Shown: positions 18,131 through 31,179 of the stretch, one piece after another
Layout: every line of letters begins with the position of its first letter
Position numbering within the stretch: the first letter of the stretch is position 1
NCBI GenBank assembly: GCA_965235115.1
Contig: OZ249436.1
Span: 35,280,001 to 35,344,000 of the forward strand
Direction of reading: 5' to 3'
DNA: 64,000 bases
Origin: Laetmonice hystrix
Lineage: Eukaryota
Notes under the pieces: model-generated
What the model was told of the DNA's origin: nothing
The model's input: the letters and a program-made list of their open reading frames with translations, nothing else
The model's database searches: none
Translations under genes and position numbers: made by a program

Positions 18131-21100
18131 TCAGCTACTCGTCAATAGGTCAAGGGCCTTGTTCTCGTCGAGGTCGGAGGACAATAGGGCCGGCTGGATG
18201 TTCTCCTCACTGAAGCCGATCTCCTTGAATCTGGCTAGTAGAGTCAGGTACTGGATGGCCTGTTCAACAAAATGATGGTCAAGTCTGAGATGTAGCTAAG
18301 TGACCATAATCTGTAGCACTATAGTTTGTAATACCATATCAGCCCCTAAAAAATTTTAAGTTAACATTACTATTTCAATACATAGACTTACTCTAAGTCA
18401 GGGACTGTTTACCCCCATCTTTGATGTAAATTGCATATGTGTACTGAAATCTACAGCCCGTCTCTGTTTTTTTGGGTGTGATGTTTTTGTTCTTTATAAA
18501 ATCGTTTTTCCGATGAAACTCCCCAGGATAGCCCTTTCAACTTCATGTTCCTGCAGGATGAGATCTTCGGACTTACTTTCTCTTCCTTGTTTTCACAAAG
18601 ATGTATGGCTGTTTCGGCTTCATCTACATCATACCCTTTGTCTGCGACACGACTCACTAAACACAGGTAGTCTACCACCTACAAGGAAACAAGACAGAGA
18701 ACACTTATCCTTGGAAGGCAAGTACAGGTCACAGTACCAGAACGGACTCAATCCAGTTTACCATTACACAAGGTAACCAGGATGCTAATATCAGAATACA
18801 ACTGACTTTGAAAAAAAACCCACAACATTCAGGATAAGCTATCAGAAATGGGACACTTCAAAATCATGATGAAACTCATAAAAATAGTCCATGTTCTTCT
18901 AAAGGATTCATCTGACTTTTGGCCCAGGTAAAAAAGATTCTGAAAGTTAGGCCTGATAGTAATCGCACATTTTGGAGAAAAACAGCAGCCAATGTGTATA
19001 CCTGTTTGTCGTCTTGTCCATGCTTCTCAACGGCCCTTGCCACACGTGCTCGGGAGAAACCCATGTCTGCTATGTTTTCAACAAACCTTTGGTCTTCAGG
19101 TTTAAGACTGGAGTAAGGATCAGGAAGCTTTGAAGAGGTTTTCCGAGTACTATTATTACTCCCTGGCTTGGATGACGTCGACCGGGGCGAGTTCTCATTT
19201 TGACTTGAGCCTGGTGTAGAAGGGAGGATCCTGTAGTGATTCCAGTCCTGAAATGCCATTTTGACACAGAATGTTATCACGTTTTCCTCATCTTCACCGG
19301 ATTGTCTACCTATTTTTACCAACAGGAAGAGAGAGCTTTTCTTTTATCAGAAAAATGTTCACGATCTGTCAGTTCTGACTATTAAATTTTCTTACCTAAC
19401 ACTTAAATGCCTATAAATTTAAAATTGGAAGTTTTACCCTCTTTTGATACCTTTTTTCCTAACATTAGGCTACTCAGAAATGGGTGACGGTCTGGTTCAT
19501 ACTGAGCAATACTCATGCAGGTATGAGATATAAATTTCAAAAATCAGTGAAATAAAGTTTGGGTGCATCCACCACCAGGCTAATGTTTTACATGCCAAAC
19601 CCTTCTTTTTAGAACCTACTAACCACATACCCGGTACATATTTATAAATATTATCTAGTGGTGAAGATATCCAAGCATACCGCAGGTGAAAATATGGAAA
19701 TCAATTATAATTTTAGGCAGGATTCAAAAAAAGGGTGTGCACTCACCCTGTGACACGCTATAATACTACATGGAGTATGGCTTTAGCTATCGGTTTTTAA
19801 TCCAGAGTAAAAATATTGGTGCCGTTTTTCTAGACATGGCCTTGGAAAACCTCACTGCACAGCTTGCTACCTAAAACACTGGCATCAATTCCTTATCATT
19901 TCTTCACAAGAACTGTATTCTTATGATTTTGTTGTAACACAGTTTCCATGGAGGGTTTATCAATTTCTATGCCAAACTAAACCCTAATAACTTTTGAGTA
20001 TCACAGCTACTGCTTCAGGCATATTCCTTTTGGCTTTTCTTCACATAGTGTGCCTACTGCAGTACTGCTTTACATAACTTATTCATGCCATGATAGAATG
20101 ACCTGCAAGTTGCATGGTTACACCCATAATAATTGGGAAATTATTCTCAATTTGTTGTACATAATTCTAAATCATTAAAGTGGTACCTCAAATACTTACC
20201 TTTGAATCCCAGGGACACAAGCAAAAGTATTTTAAAAATGGAGTTATGTGAGGGCTCCATGTTACCGTTCGACCAGTCCGCTATTTTGGGTTGGGAGCTG
20301 GCGGTAATCTATTTATAGATCATTTAGTATGTCCAAATATGGCAGCAGAATCAGAGCGGAAGCCAGGAGGGAAGCAGCGACATATTTTTCCATTTTTAAA
20401 ATACCTTTTCTTACCGCTCGAACCTGAAATTTTAACATGGTGTCCCTGGGGTTACCTTCCACTACTTCTCATCTCAACCAATTCATTTTGACAGCAACTC
20501 ATTCTGTTAACATTTCAATATAATATTATCTTAATTATTATCTTAAAAAACTTCTCATTTTTGTTAAGTTTAAGAAGTTTCCTAAAGAACAAAAGTTAAT
20601 ACTCAAAGATAAAATACATAATCACAGGTATATTAATATTGCAAACATACCAGCACCTTAAACCCATACATCTATTAGGGGAGACCGGAGCCAGTACATA
20701 GGCTACACTCATGACTAAAAATTTAGTCAAGGTAGCAGCAAAAAAAAAGACAAACCTTTCTCCTGTGATCAGCAGTTGCTGTTTGGCTTCAAAACAATAT
20801 GACGGAGAGGGAGTATGGTAGTTATTCCCCAGGTGCATGCATGGCAACAGCTCAGTCACATGACTTCTAATGTTTTGGCAAACTGCAATGTTTCAACTAA
20901 CCCCACATTGCAACTAGCCCCGGTCTCCCCGATGTAATCAGACATCACCAGTCATGCAAGTGTCATGCTTAAAGGGACCACATAAAGCCATTACCCATCA
21001 GTGTTCATCACCTTGTCAATCATGTCAATTCTGGCTAAGAACTGAACCTGTAAGATCAAGCCCCCCCCCCTCCCCCAAAGGAGGAAAAATAATTAACTTT

Positions 21101-24100
21101 AACTTTTTTGCGATATAATAATGTATAATTTCGAACATTTTGCAACACCCATATATAATGACAAGAATGAAATATGCACGGGAAAAATCTTCAACCAATT
21201 GATTAAATTTCAGGCCCTGGTGTGATGGGTCAATACAGTTCACAATAAAGGTTTGATATACAACTCTTTGTTCCATGAGCTTGCAATGACACTTTGACAA
21301 GGTGGAAAAACACAAGTTCCTTGACATCAGAGTGACGGTAGAGGACATTTACCGCATCTTGGGTCTGGGGCTCAAGTTCAACCTATTCACAATATAGGAA
21401 AAGGCAAATCATTCAGCTGCATTTTACACATAATCGAATCAATAAACTACATTCTAAACACTGTATTGCCAGTTATTCACATTAAATTGATGACGAATGT
21501 CAATCCAATACACCTGTTACTGTTACTTTCCTGTTATACTATGCTATACTAAGAAGCTTGGAGTAATGGTCAACAAAAGCGATTCCTACCAATTCCTGGG
21601 ATTAATCACTGTTATCCCTCGCAGCAGGATGCCTAATACAAGCACACTGAAGTTTACAACACTTTAAAATGCAATAGAATTAGTAAAGAAAACTATACCT
21701 GCTGAGACGAAGGCCTTGGGGGAGGTGATCCTGACTGCTTGTATCCACTGAAGAGATCTCCTCCTGGGGGAGGGGTATGGGAGGAGGGTAGAGCCGCTGG
21801 CAACCGCTGATCCTCACTGCTGGATATGTCTGGGGTACTTCGCACACTACGCAGTGGGTTTAACGGTGGAGTTTCTCTACCACTGGAATAGGCAAGTCCC
21901 TCTTCTGCACTCGACACTACAATACCGTTTGGCACTGCTTGCAGAGAATGTCTACTGTAAGGACCACCTACAGGCATATAAACTTTCTCACTAGAGCGTT
22001 TTGCATAGGAGACTGACAGGGGTGTAAAGGTCAGTGATTCCTTAATTTGTCCAGAGTTAACGGTCTTAGAAGGACTAGCAGGGAGACCGGTGTTCTTTTG
22101 TTGGATCAGATAGTTTGAGTTTGGAAGGGGTGGGAGTGCTACTCTACCAAACAGCCCACCTGTCTCCTTCACATTTGTTTGTACATTGTAACTTGAACTA
22201 CTGGTAGTTTTTGGTACCGTCTGATATACTTGGTGAGAATTTACAGAACTAAAAGCTTGGTTATGCTGGTACAGGGAACATGGAACGGATTGCTGTTTAG
22301 AATTGGATTGATCAGCAAACTGGCCAGAATCGTACGAGTCCAGATCTGGGTAAGCAACATCCTTGATGTTAACAGGTGCCCCTGGTGGGGGCTGCCCAGT
22401 CGTCTGTATGCTTGCTGGACGTACACTGCCACCTTCGGGCTGAGTATGAATACTTTCAGTTATGTCTCCAGCCAATGCTGGCCCGCTCTCACTTTCTGGT
22501 GGCCCTGCTGTGCTTGGCTGTGCCCCAAATATCATTTTATTTAATTCCTCACGATCGTTTAACACCTTTAACTCCATATTTTCAAATGGATCTTGTTCAT
22601 TTTCAAAGTCTCTTAGATCAATCACTCCCGTCTTTCCATTTGTTGTTGCATTGTCTTCCACTTTCACTCCTGTAGCAATAGGAACTGGTGTCAGGATATC
22701 CGAGCCAAGGTTCATGAATGGTGTAGGTTTGGGAGCCACAGAAGGCTGCTGTGTACCACTGCCATTTTGTCTGTTCCATGTGCTCTCTGTGCCCTCATCC
22801 TCATCAGTGGAGGCTACAGGGTCTGCAGACTGATCAGTCCCTGTAGGCCTTGAGAACATTTCGATCGAGTCTCCCACACGCTCAGTTTCAGCTTTATTCA
22901 TAGCCTGCTCAGTCTCCCTCTGGGATTCTGTCCACTCCAGTATCTTTTCCTCCAGACTGAAGTCATACTGCAAGGTCAAATAGTACAGTGTACAAGTGGG
23001 GCAATAAATCAGGGTTTATACTGAGGTTACGCAAATATTCAGGACTTTTCAGGACATTTCCAAGTTTTTCCAGGACATAACGCACCTCTGGTAATGAGTG
23101 CTGACATGACCCAAGCTGGAGGTTGTTAGTCAGTGCCACAGATTATATAGACTGATTGTACTAGACACGTTTCGGGAGACGCGACGTTAACTATGGGGCC
23201 CTGTGGAAGGAACATGTATTACAAATTACGCAATTGACTCCATTCTGTGCACTCATAGACTTCACCATTCTTTTGTGCTCTTACAGTCTGCTATTAGGGC
23301 TATAACAGCTAAAGGATTTGGCAAGATTCTGAAATTCAAAGACTTTTCCAGGACAAAACTGGCTGGTATAAAAGCTCCATTTTTCTAGGTTTTCCTGGTC
23401 TGGAAATTGCTTTGTCAAAAAGTAAGGACTTTTCCAGGATTCTTTTAAATGAGGATGACTCCATACCTCTAAGAAGAGAACCTCTGAAGGGTTTCCCGGT
23501 TCATAGTCTAATGGTAAGGTCACCTGTAATATATAAACTGATCACAATCATCACACTCTCATGGCATAACAAAGTGTCTATCTCACTATCTCACCTGCAG
23601 AACAACATCTCACAAGTCTCACAACAGAATTTTGAGTAGTTGCCACTCTAAAACTATAAACTTCTAAGTTTAATTCTTTCTTAGGATACCGGTACCAGAT
23701 GATCCAGATCTAAGCTCTTGAAAGTTACCAAATCGAGACAACAAATTACATTTTGTATAGTTAGTTATAATCAGTAATATGTGTTACCTTAGCTGGGGGG
23801 ATAAGTTTTTCGTTGAGCTTGATGGCTACACCATCTATGGCAGTCACACCACAGCCTGTAAGTGCAATTCACACATTTATAAATTAAACTATAGTCTGAT
23901 AGACACTGTAGATTGGGTTATTTTCGCAGTGGTTTTTTTTGGGTGCTTATTGCGCAAATTATATTAACGTAAAATTAAGGATGCTACCAAAAAATGTAGT
24001 GCTATATGGCATCCATGCTGGCCAGCCCCAGCATGAATTCAAGCACAACACGAAAGGCCCTGAAAGAAAAACGTGTGAAAATTGCGCTGCACAAAAATAT

Positions 24101-24267
24101 CCCAATCTACACTACAGTATTTGGCTTGAAACTAAGAGACATTCACATTACAAAGCCATGAGAAAAACACTAAAAAATATTATTCATCTACAGCCATAAT
24201 GAACATGAAATCGATCTCCCTTACCACTGCCCTGGCTGGCACTTCTGTAGTGACTAGGGTAGGCCAT
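18131..24267 (-). CDS. UBAP1: Ubiquitin-associated protein 1 (ESCRT-I subunit; N-terminal UMA domain, C-terminal SOUBA), 7 coding exons: 24267-24225, 23855-23788, 23523-23467, 22967-21699, 19247-19002, 18678-18577, 18259-18131; 637 aa
   Basis: UMA motif AIDGVAIKLNEKLIPPAK/VTLP.../YDFSLEEKIL; middle motif IDLRDFENEQDPFENMELKVLNDREELNK; three UBA-like units (ADMGFSRARVARAVEK, ADKGYDVDEAETAI, FKEIGFSEENIQPALL). Splice phases are consistent and total 1914 nt. Confidence 0.92.
20677..20930. mobile_element. MITE-like element in a UBAP1 intron
   Basis: TIRs ggggagaccggagccagt / actagccccggtctcccc. Confidence 0.65.
23903..24119. mobile_element. Tc1/mariner-type MITE-like element in a UBAP1 intron
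   Basis: Left end ctgtagattgggttatttt, right end aaaatatcccaatctacactacagta. Superfamily inferred from the CTGTA/TACAG-TA ends. Confidence 0.55.
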
Positions 24268-25844
24268 GTTGGGGGCAATAATCCAGGAGTTAAGACTTTG
24301 ATATCTGTAAAATAAGCAGCAAGTGGAAAATTCCAGCAGTGTCTATTGCAGGTGTGAGTTGTTAAGAGACATTTGAGACCAACTGCAAATGACCTTTATA
24401 CAAAATTTTGTTAATACATTAATATTATCAGGGATCCGAGCCATTAAAAAAAAAGTGATGAACGGCCGCAACTAAAAGCCACAGATATTTAGAATTGGCG
24501 AATCTACAAATTGTGCCTCTTTAAATACCGTGCCCACAACAGCAATAAAGAGGTCATGACATGATTTATGATTAGAAACCTTTTACACAGGCTACAGAAA
24601 AGAAGTACATTTGTCACAGGCCTCGAAAAATCTGGCCAAAGCATGGTAGCCCACTGGGATACCACTCTGACTTATGGTGGTAGCCCAATATTTTTGCTGC
24701 TGTGATACAAAATTAATAAGCGAATTAAGTCTGGCAGAAATTTGACGATAACTCCCCTCTCATCTGCCCATTTCATGCAACTAACGGAAGGGGATAATTT
24801 GGGGATAAAAACTAAAAATCTATCATCTGACATCTATCTCCTGAAAAACTTATCCTGACTCCTATCCCTATCCCTAAACTTTCCTGCCAATTTTGTAGTA
24901 ATGTTACCATGGGGGAATAACCCAGGCAGATTATAACACTTCACACATATTACAGGCAGGGGAGGGTGTCCACAAATCCACCCTTACCTCCCCAGCCCCA
25001 TCTATTACATAATGAAATGTGCCAGGACGGGACTGGTGACTGATTCAGATGCCAGTGCATGGGTTCATGGGTTTTCCCCACGGCTACCGTAGCTGTCCCT
25101 GCCTACCGCTCCCCTAACCAGCTTATCCTGGTTAGCAGCCGCAGAGGACAAATTGGCCTCCGTTAAAATGAAACACGCCAGACATTACTGATTTATGTCA
25201 GCAATGTCCAACGACTTTTCGCTTCGGCTGTTTCAGTTCATCTCCAAGCTAAGTGCAAAAGGACAGAGCTAGGGTTGGTAGCCCGTTCAGGCACCTCCGC
25301 ATCATCACATGTCATTTTAGACAGGTCTGGTAGCCCGACGTAAATTTTGGTTGTCCCGGGCGTCCGGGTTCCAGATTTATCGAGGCCTGTTGCTGTGTCA
25401 GTTCTTGTCTTTTCCACACGTTTCAATTTGTAAATAAATTCGCATATAACTTCAATCAAGCCAAGGATGTGTTGCAGCATTCACTGCCTAATAAATAATA
25501 ATAATTATAATATCAAGAAACATAAGACAGGATACAATGTCAGCATGCACCTACATTTCTTGGAGAGTCTGATTGAATAAGTGTCGGTCAACTCAGTCAA
25601 TACGTGACACATCACGGTATCAGAGTGACATCATATTATAGGCCTAATGATTATGATCAGTGACAGACATACACACACTACAGTCCCTCGGTGACAGTCA
25701 CAGACACACAGTCAGTGTCACTGTCACTGTCACTCACGACTCACTCAGTCGAGTCAGTGCCAGTGGCAGTGGGCTGGCTGGGCTGGGGCGTACTTACACA
25801 TGCTTAGAGTTCATTATTAAAATGAGCATGATCTATATGCGCTT

Positions 25845-26130
25845 ACCTCTAAAACACTCAGTTTCAACTCTGTGTATTCCGCTTTGAATGAACAAATAAA
25901 TAATACTGCTGAAGTTCCAACTAAAACCAACCTCCAACCATTTCTTTCTGTCATATGTGCATGACCTCACTTCCGTTTCCGGGTACATTGATAGGAGTGA
26001 CATCTGTCGTGAAGTAAGAGAACTATAATAGATTCTACCTTCAAGTCATTTGGGCCTGGCAGCTGTTTACAGCAGAAACCACCTTGTTTCCGAATATAAA
26101 AGAGGTAGGCCTAATTTCTTCGGCAGGTAA
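25845..26130. promoter_or_regulatory. Putative bidirectional promoter / first exons shared by UBAP1 (-) and the UMA-only paralogue (+)
   Basis: Minus-strand donor (gag|gtaagc, about 25845), plus-strand donors (gag|gtaggc about 26104, cag|gtaatg about 26126), and tandem ETS-like motifs cacttccgtttccggg at about 25968-25983 between them. Confidence 0.5.
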
Positions 26131-26828
26131 TGCTTATCATAACAAGTAGAAAATCCGCAGATACCGAGGCCTAGGGAGGTGGGTAACACGGTGACGGTAG
26201 ACTAGTCTAATGGGAGCAGTAGGTACCCGGTACAAAAATGGTAACGGTGTTACTGTTAGCGTTAACAGGTTAGACTTATTTCTAGGACCATTGCTAGACC
26301 AGTTACCTAGTAACTTTCTATCTGCATGGTTTCACCAGCGATCTTCCAGACAGGCGTTATGTTTAACTCAGTAGATATAGACTCAATTTTAATTGTAGTA
26401 ATTAGATGCATTGCTATTTAGGCCTAACAGGCAAAGAAGGAAGGAAAATGGCCATTTCTGATTAATATAAATCGCAGGTTTAACGATAGGTGTCGCCACT
26501 GTGGATGTCCTTTTTGCTGCATAGTTTAGGCCTAGAAATTAAAGCTAAATAGTAAAAGTTCCTTATAATATTTTGCTGTTTTTCAGTTGCTATTTAAGGC
26601 GGACGACGGTGATCAGGGGGGTTAGAGAATGTATTGGTAAGATCGTTTTCTTATCTAAACCATCTATAGGCCTAGCTATACACTGATAAAGTCTACTAAG
26701 AATACCGTACTCAATATCGTTTGCAAATGGAGCTTTCATAGTTTTATCTTTTACTAAATTATTTTACACCTCTTTATTTTTAGAATGTTGGCCAGGCCTG
26801 GCCATCCAGTGAATAGCCCTTGAATATT

Positions 26829-27034
26829 GGGTGTGACTAATTACCGAAATCTATAACTGATGCATCCTTTTACTTTACATTTGGGGGCGACTTCGGTAAC
26901 TAAAGTAGAGCTCGATTTCGCATTTCGATAATTCAAACCCGTTTGGGGGTCGATTTCAGTATAGATTTCAGTACCGGGGTATCTTATTTAGATTTTGATA
27001 ATTCCAATTTAGATTTCAGTAATTAGTCACATCC
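26829..27034. mobile_element. MITE-like element with internal ccgaaatcta-type repeats
   Basis: TIRs gggtgtgactaattaccgaaatcta / tagatttcagtaattagtcacatcc; more degenerate units continue to about 27180. Confidence 0.7.
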
Positions 27035-28726
27035 TTTTGGCCTTAATACTTTTAACAGCATGATAATTACCGAAATCTTCAATAATCTACCAAAATCTAA
27101 ATAAGAATTGCCAAAATCTACTGAAAACTAAATAACTAATAAGAATCTACCAACATCATCCCCAAATCTACCAAAATCCAAAGTCAACCTCTACTTACTG
27201 AAACGAACGTAGCGGTTGTCCATGCCAGGTCAACGATTTTGTCAACAACCAGCCATAAGCCAATCGCTTCATAGGAACAACAGGCAACTGGAATGTTGAA
27301 TTTCATTAGATTTCTCTGTTTCTGTGGATATATTTACTGATTTATAGTCTGAGGTCTTATCTAACCTAACACTAACAGCCCATGTCTTCATTTTGGAGTC
27401 ATTGAACTAAGAGATAATCGTGAATGGCTTTAAGTTTTGACCACTTAGAATTTTTCAGTTTCAGTTCATATAATGCCATGTGCATAATGTATTATCAGGA
27501 TGGCTATTTTGAAAAGAAAATAAACCATAAAAGCTTTTCAAATACAGCTATTATGCAGTTCTCTAACACTTAGAATATCTTTGCAGGCAGTATTTTGACT
27601 GGTAACAGAGTGAAGAACGAAGACTGAAGTCAATATCTGCTAAGAAACTTACTGAGTGCAACAATTTCTGGGAAAGAAAATCGCAATGTACAACGGGTAC
27701 CACACATCACCAACAGAAAACCAAGCATTAGGTATGATATATATATCAAAATACAGGCAATAGAAAATGTTCCTTTTTTATGTAATGCCGCATTCAATTT
27801 AAAGATTTTGGGGGGCACTATGGTTGTCCACAAGAATTTCCAGTAGTCTGGAATTGTACCATATGAAATAAAGTAATGCCAGTCATTTTGTAAACAAGTC
27901 ATTTCGTAAATGAATTTCCGGTCATTTCTTAAACAACACTTATTATTTACTTCCTGGCATTGTTTGTGGATGTGGAGGTGTATGGGAGTCTGTGTTACAA
28001 GTGTATTAGAACTTTATAGTATGTTTTTTCACCCAGGAAGTAGGCCTAACTTTTAGATTACAATTTAATTTCAATGGCCAGCCCTCTGTTAACCCCACCT
28101 GCTGGTCCACCCGAGCATGCTAAGGTGAGGCCGGCTAGCCACCAAGCCCCCATCCCAGTCACATGCTAACTACAGCCAGGTGAGGCCGCAGCCACAAACC
28201 CATGTCCTCGGTCACTTGAATCTGGCAGGCATGGGCTTGGCAGCCAGTAGTTAGCAGGGGCAGTTCACTACATGCCAGCCATGACGGGTTTACAAAACGA
28301 CTTTTACAAAATGACTGGATACCATATAGCATACAGAGACCTAATACATGTACCAGCAAATATTGTCAGTGCAATCTGATTTGAATTAGTCAGCAAGCAG
28401 GCTGTTCCTAACCAGGATTTTTTTTTTAAATTGTCAAAAAGGTAGAGTTGTCCAATAGTATTTAGGTTGCCTGGGACAACCAGAGAACTGCTTAGCACAA
28501 ATATTGTAGTGCATTAGTTTAGTTCAATAGTAAGATTTGAAGCAATGGAATTAACGTAGAGAGTCATGCCTCCTTTGAATTTTGATGGTATATATAATGA
28601 TGGTTGTATCACCATATCCCATGCAGTTTTAATTGCCATGCCATTGCATTTGAAAGGTACCATAATCACAGGCTACATTCTAAAATCTGGTAACTAAAGA
28701 CACTACTGGTGGTGATTTTTTTACAG

Positions 28727-29652
28727 GAGAGGTCCAAAGTAGTTTGGTTACTTCTCACCCAGAGTTGGAAGGTGTCACAGTGAAGGTTGCAGACAAGTAT
28801 CAGTTCTTAGTTAAGGTGAAGTGTTTTGTGTTTTTTTTATTTGTGATGCCGATGGTATTAGCTTCATTCATGTAGACTGTACCAACAACACACATTGACA
28901 ATGCAGATTTTCAATTTTTGTGTATTAACAATTTGTAAACCACTGAAACTGAGCAAACATTATGGTGTTGAAAAATGAACAACACAAGGATTAAGATGTG
29001 CTTTTGCATTTATTGGCATACACATATTGACAATTGATCAAGTTGATGCATTGATAGAACAGCCTTAGTCAGATGGTATTTTAGTAGAATAGTCGGCGAC
29101 CATTCGTACCCTACTCCTTTTGTTTGAATGTCGATAGGAGGAAAATTTTCAGTATAGATCAAATGTACATTTAGTAATATGTATACTAAGCACCTTGCGA
29201 CGAATCACAACCTCTACTCTCTACTCAGATTGTCCTGCCCAAAGACGTGGAAGACAGAAAAAGAGAGATAGAAAAAGCTTTCAATGTAAGTTCCTTTCTT
29301 TAAACTTAATCAAAGCATGATGAAAAACAACGAAATATATGTTTGTAGCTTTCGCAATAGGACACTTTATTTTCAAAATGAATGAGACATTTGTTACAGT
29401 TCTACCCATTAAAATGGCAAGTAACCCCAATCATTACTGTTAAGTTGTAAACTATCTATCATTAAAGATCATCTGAAGTCATAGAATGGACTTTGAAACA
29501 TAATTTCAAACAGTACTTTCTTTCTCAAACAAATGCTACATCAGTAAGTGCATGCAGTCTTAACTTTATCCTATAAACATAAGGTGGTTGCTTTTCAGTA
29601 TGACTTTCATCTAGAACGCCAGGTTCTTCAAGAGGCAGAGATACATCACTGA
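28727..29652 (+). CDS. Small UMA-domain-only protein (UBAP1 N-terminus paralogue); core exons 28727-28815, 29229-29285, 29599-29652; start exon unresolved
   Basis: Spliced translation (G)EVQSSLVTSHPELEGVTVKVADKYQFLVK / IVLPKDVEDRKREIEKAFN / YDFHLERQVLQEAEIHH*. Clear acceptors (tttttacag, ctactcag, ttttcag) and donors (gtgaag, gtaagt). Same intron positions, phases and 57-nt middle exon as the neighbouring UBAP1 UMA region. Confidence 0.8.
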
Positions 29653-31179
29653 AAGGTATGTAGATTAAGATGTATTTCTCGACTGTGATGAATATTAATT
29701 ATTAACACGTATCTAGTTCTACTTATTTTGTACTATGCATACTTTGCAGCACTTGGTCTTGATATTCTAAGAAACTATTGTTTATAAACTTAGTGATTAC
29801 ACACAAGAAACAACTAATTTAGCAGTACTGCTGCCATTTGATTGTGACCACATATGGCTCCAAAGCCTATGTAAACTTTAGTTAAGAGTGATAGTTTTAG
29901 ATTTTTTTAATTCTGTGTACATACAAGAAGTGTCGAAGCACCCTCCTTGTGGCAAAAATAAGTTTAAAATATTGTAAAATGTGTATGGAGAAAAATCGAT
30001 ATTGATTTGCAGTTTCCATTGCTACATTAATGCATGATCACAATCCCTTCCATGGTAATACTGAACGACACTTGTATTACCGTATATGAGGGCAACAGCC
30101 ACCGATAGGACCTAGTGACAGAAAAATATCAAAACGTTCTTTTACCTCCTACATTTAACTGATTTATTAAGAGTTAATATAGCAGTCTCATTACTGGTGA
30201 GTCAGTGGTGGTTACAAACATCACAAAGTTCTTTCACTCACAAGATATGCTTTCAAAAATGTGACAACCCTGAACTCTTATAAAAACTTGGAATGGATCA
30301 ATGGAATGGGTCAATGATAGTGACAGAATACATGTACATGTACAATGTACTCGAATACTTGATTATGTTTTATTAAAATATTATGATCATGTATTAGCAC
30401 ACAGGATAGCCTTTCAAGCTGACATTTAGTATTTGAGGTTTTCTGCTGCAAGGAGTACCTCCAGATATGATTCTGTTTAACTGTTTCTCCCTTATGATGC
30501 GAACAATTTGATCAATACGTGTACGACAAAAGTATGAATATTGCTGCAGGTTACAACGGATCTGATTTCTGAAACCCATCTCATCACAGTTTTAATATGA
30601 CCATTTAAAGGCAAGATAAGGAGACGTATTTATATCTACTTGAACTTCATGACCAGTTGACCACCGACTTTTAAGAAATATATGGTTAATGTACTGTACA
30701 TATTGGTACAAAATAAGAGGTCCTTTAAAAAATGGACCTGCAACGTGAGATCACAGTTGGGGTTTTATCATCAACTTCCTTGCCAAGCAGACTTATAACC
30801 TTAATTTTAAAAATTGGAAACTCGTCTTTTTCCCCAACTACTTGAACATGCAATTACATATTCAGCTGCAGTCACTTTGGTTTTAAAGCAAGAGTGAGCA
30901 ATCAACTAAATCTTAGCGTGGCGTATTCCTATACATCTTATCATTTACATCGACATCCAGGGTGCTGGTAATAACCACCAGACCTTTTAACCCCATCATT
31001 GGGCTGTACTAAGTTCCATCACTGGGGGTACCGGTATATTTAATTTAGCAGTATTTACAAGGTCCTCGGCAGAATAAAGTCGGTTGATAGACTTATTATG
31101 ATTTGGTAACCCCAGGTTCTCTTGATGACTTGAATTATTTGTTATCACCTTCAGTGGCAGACCTAAACTAGTCTGGTTA

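Noticed and set aside
22230..22833. Plus-strand ORFs of 99-123 aa
   Set aside because: Antisense shadows of the large UBAP1 exon.
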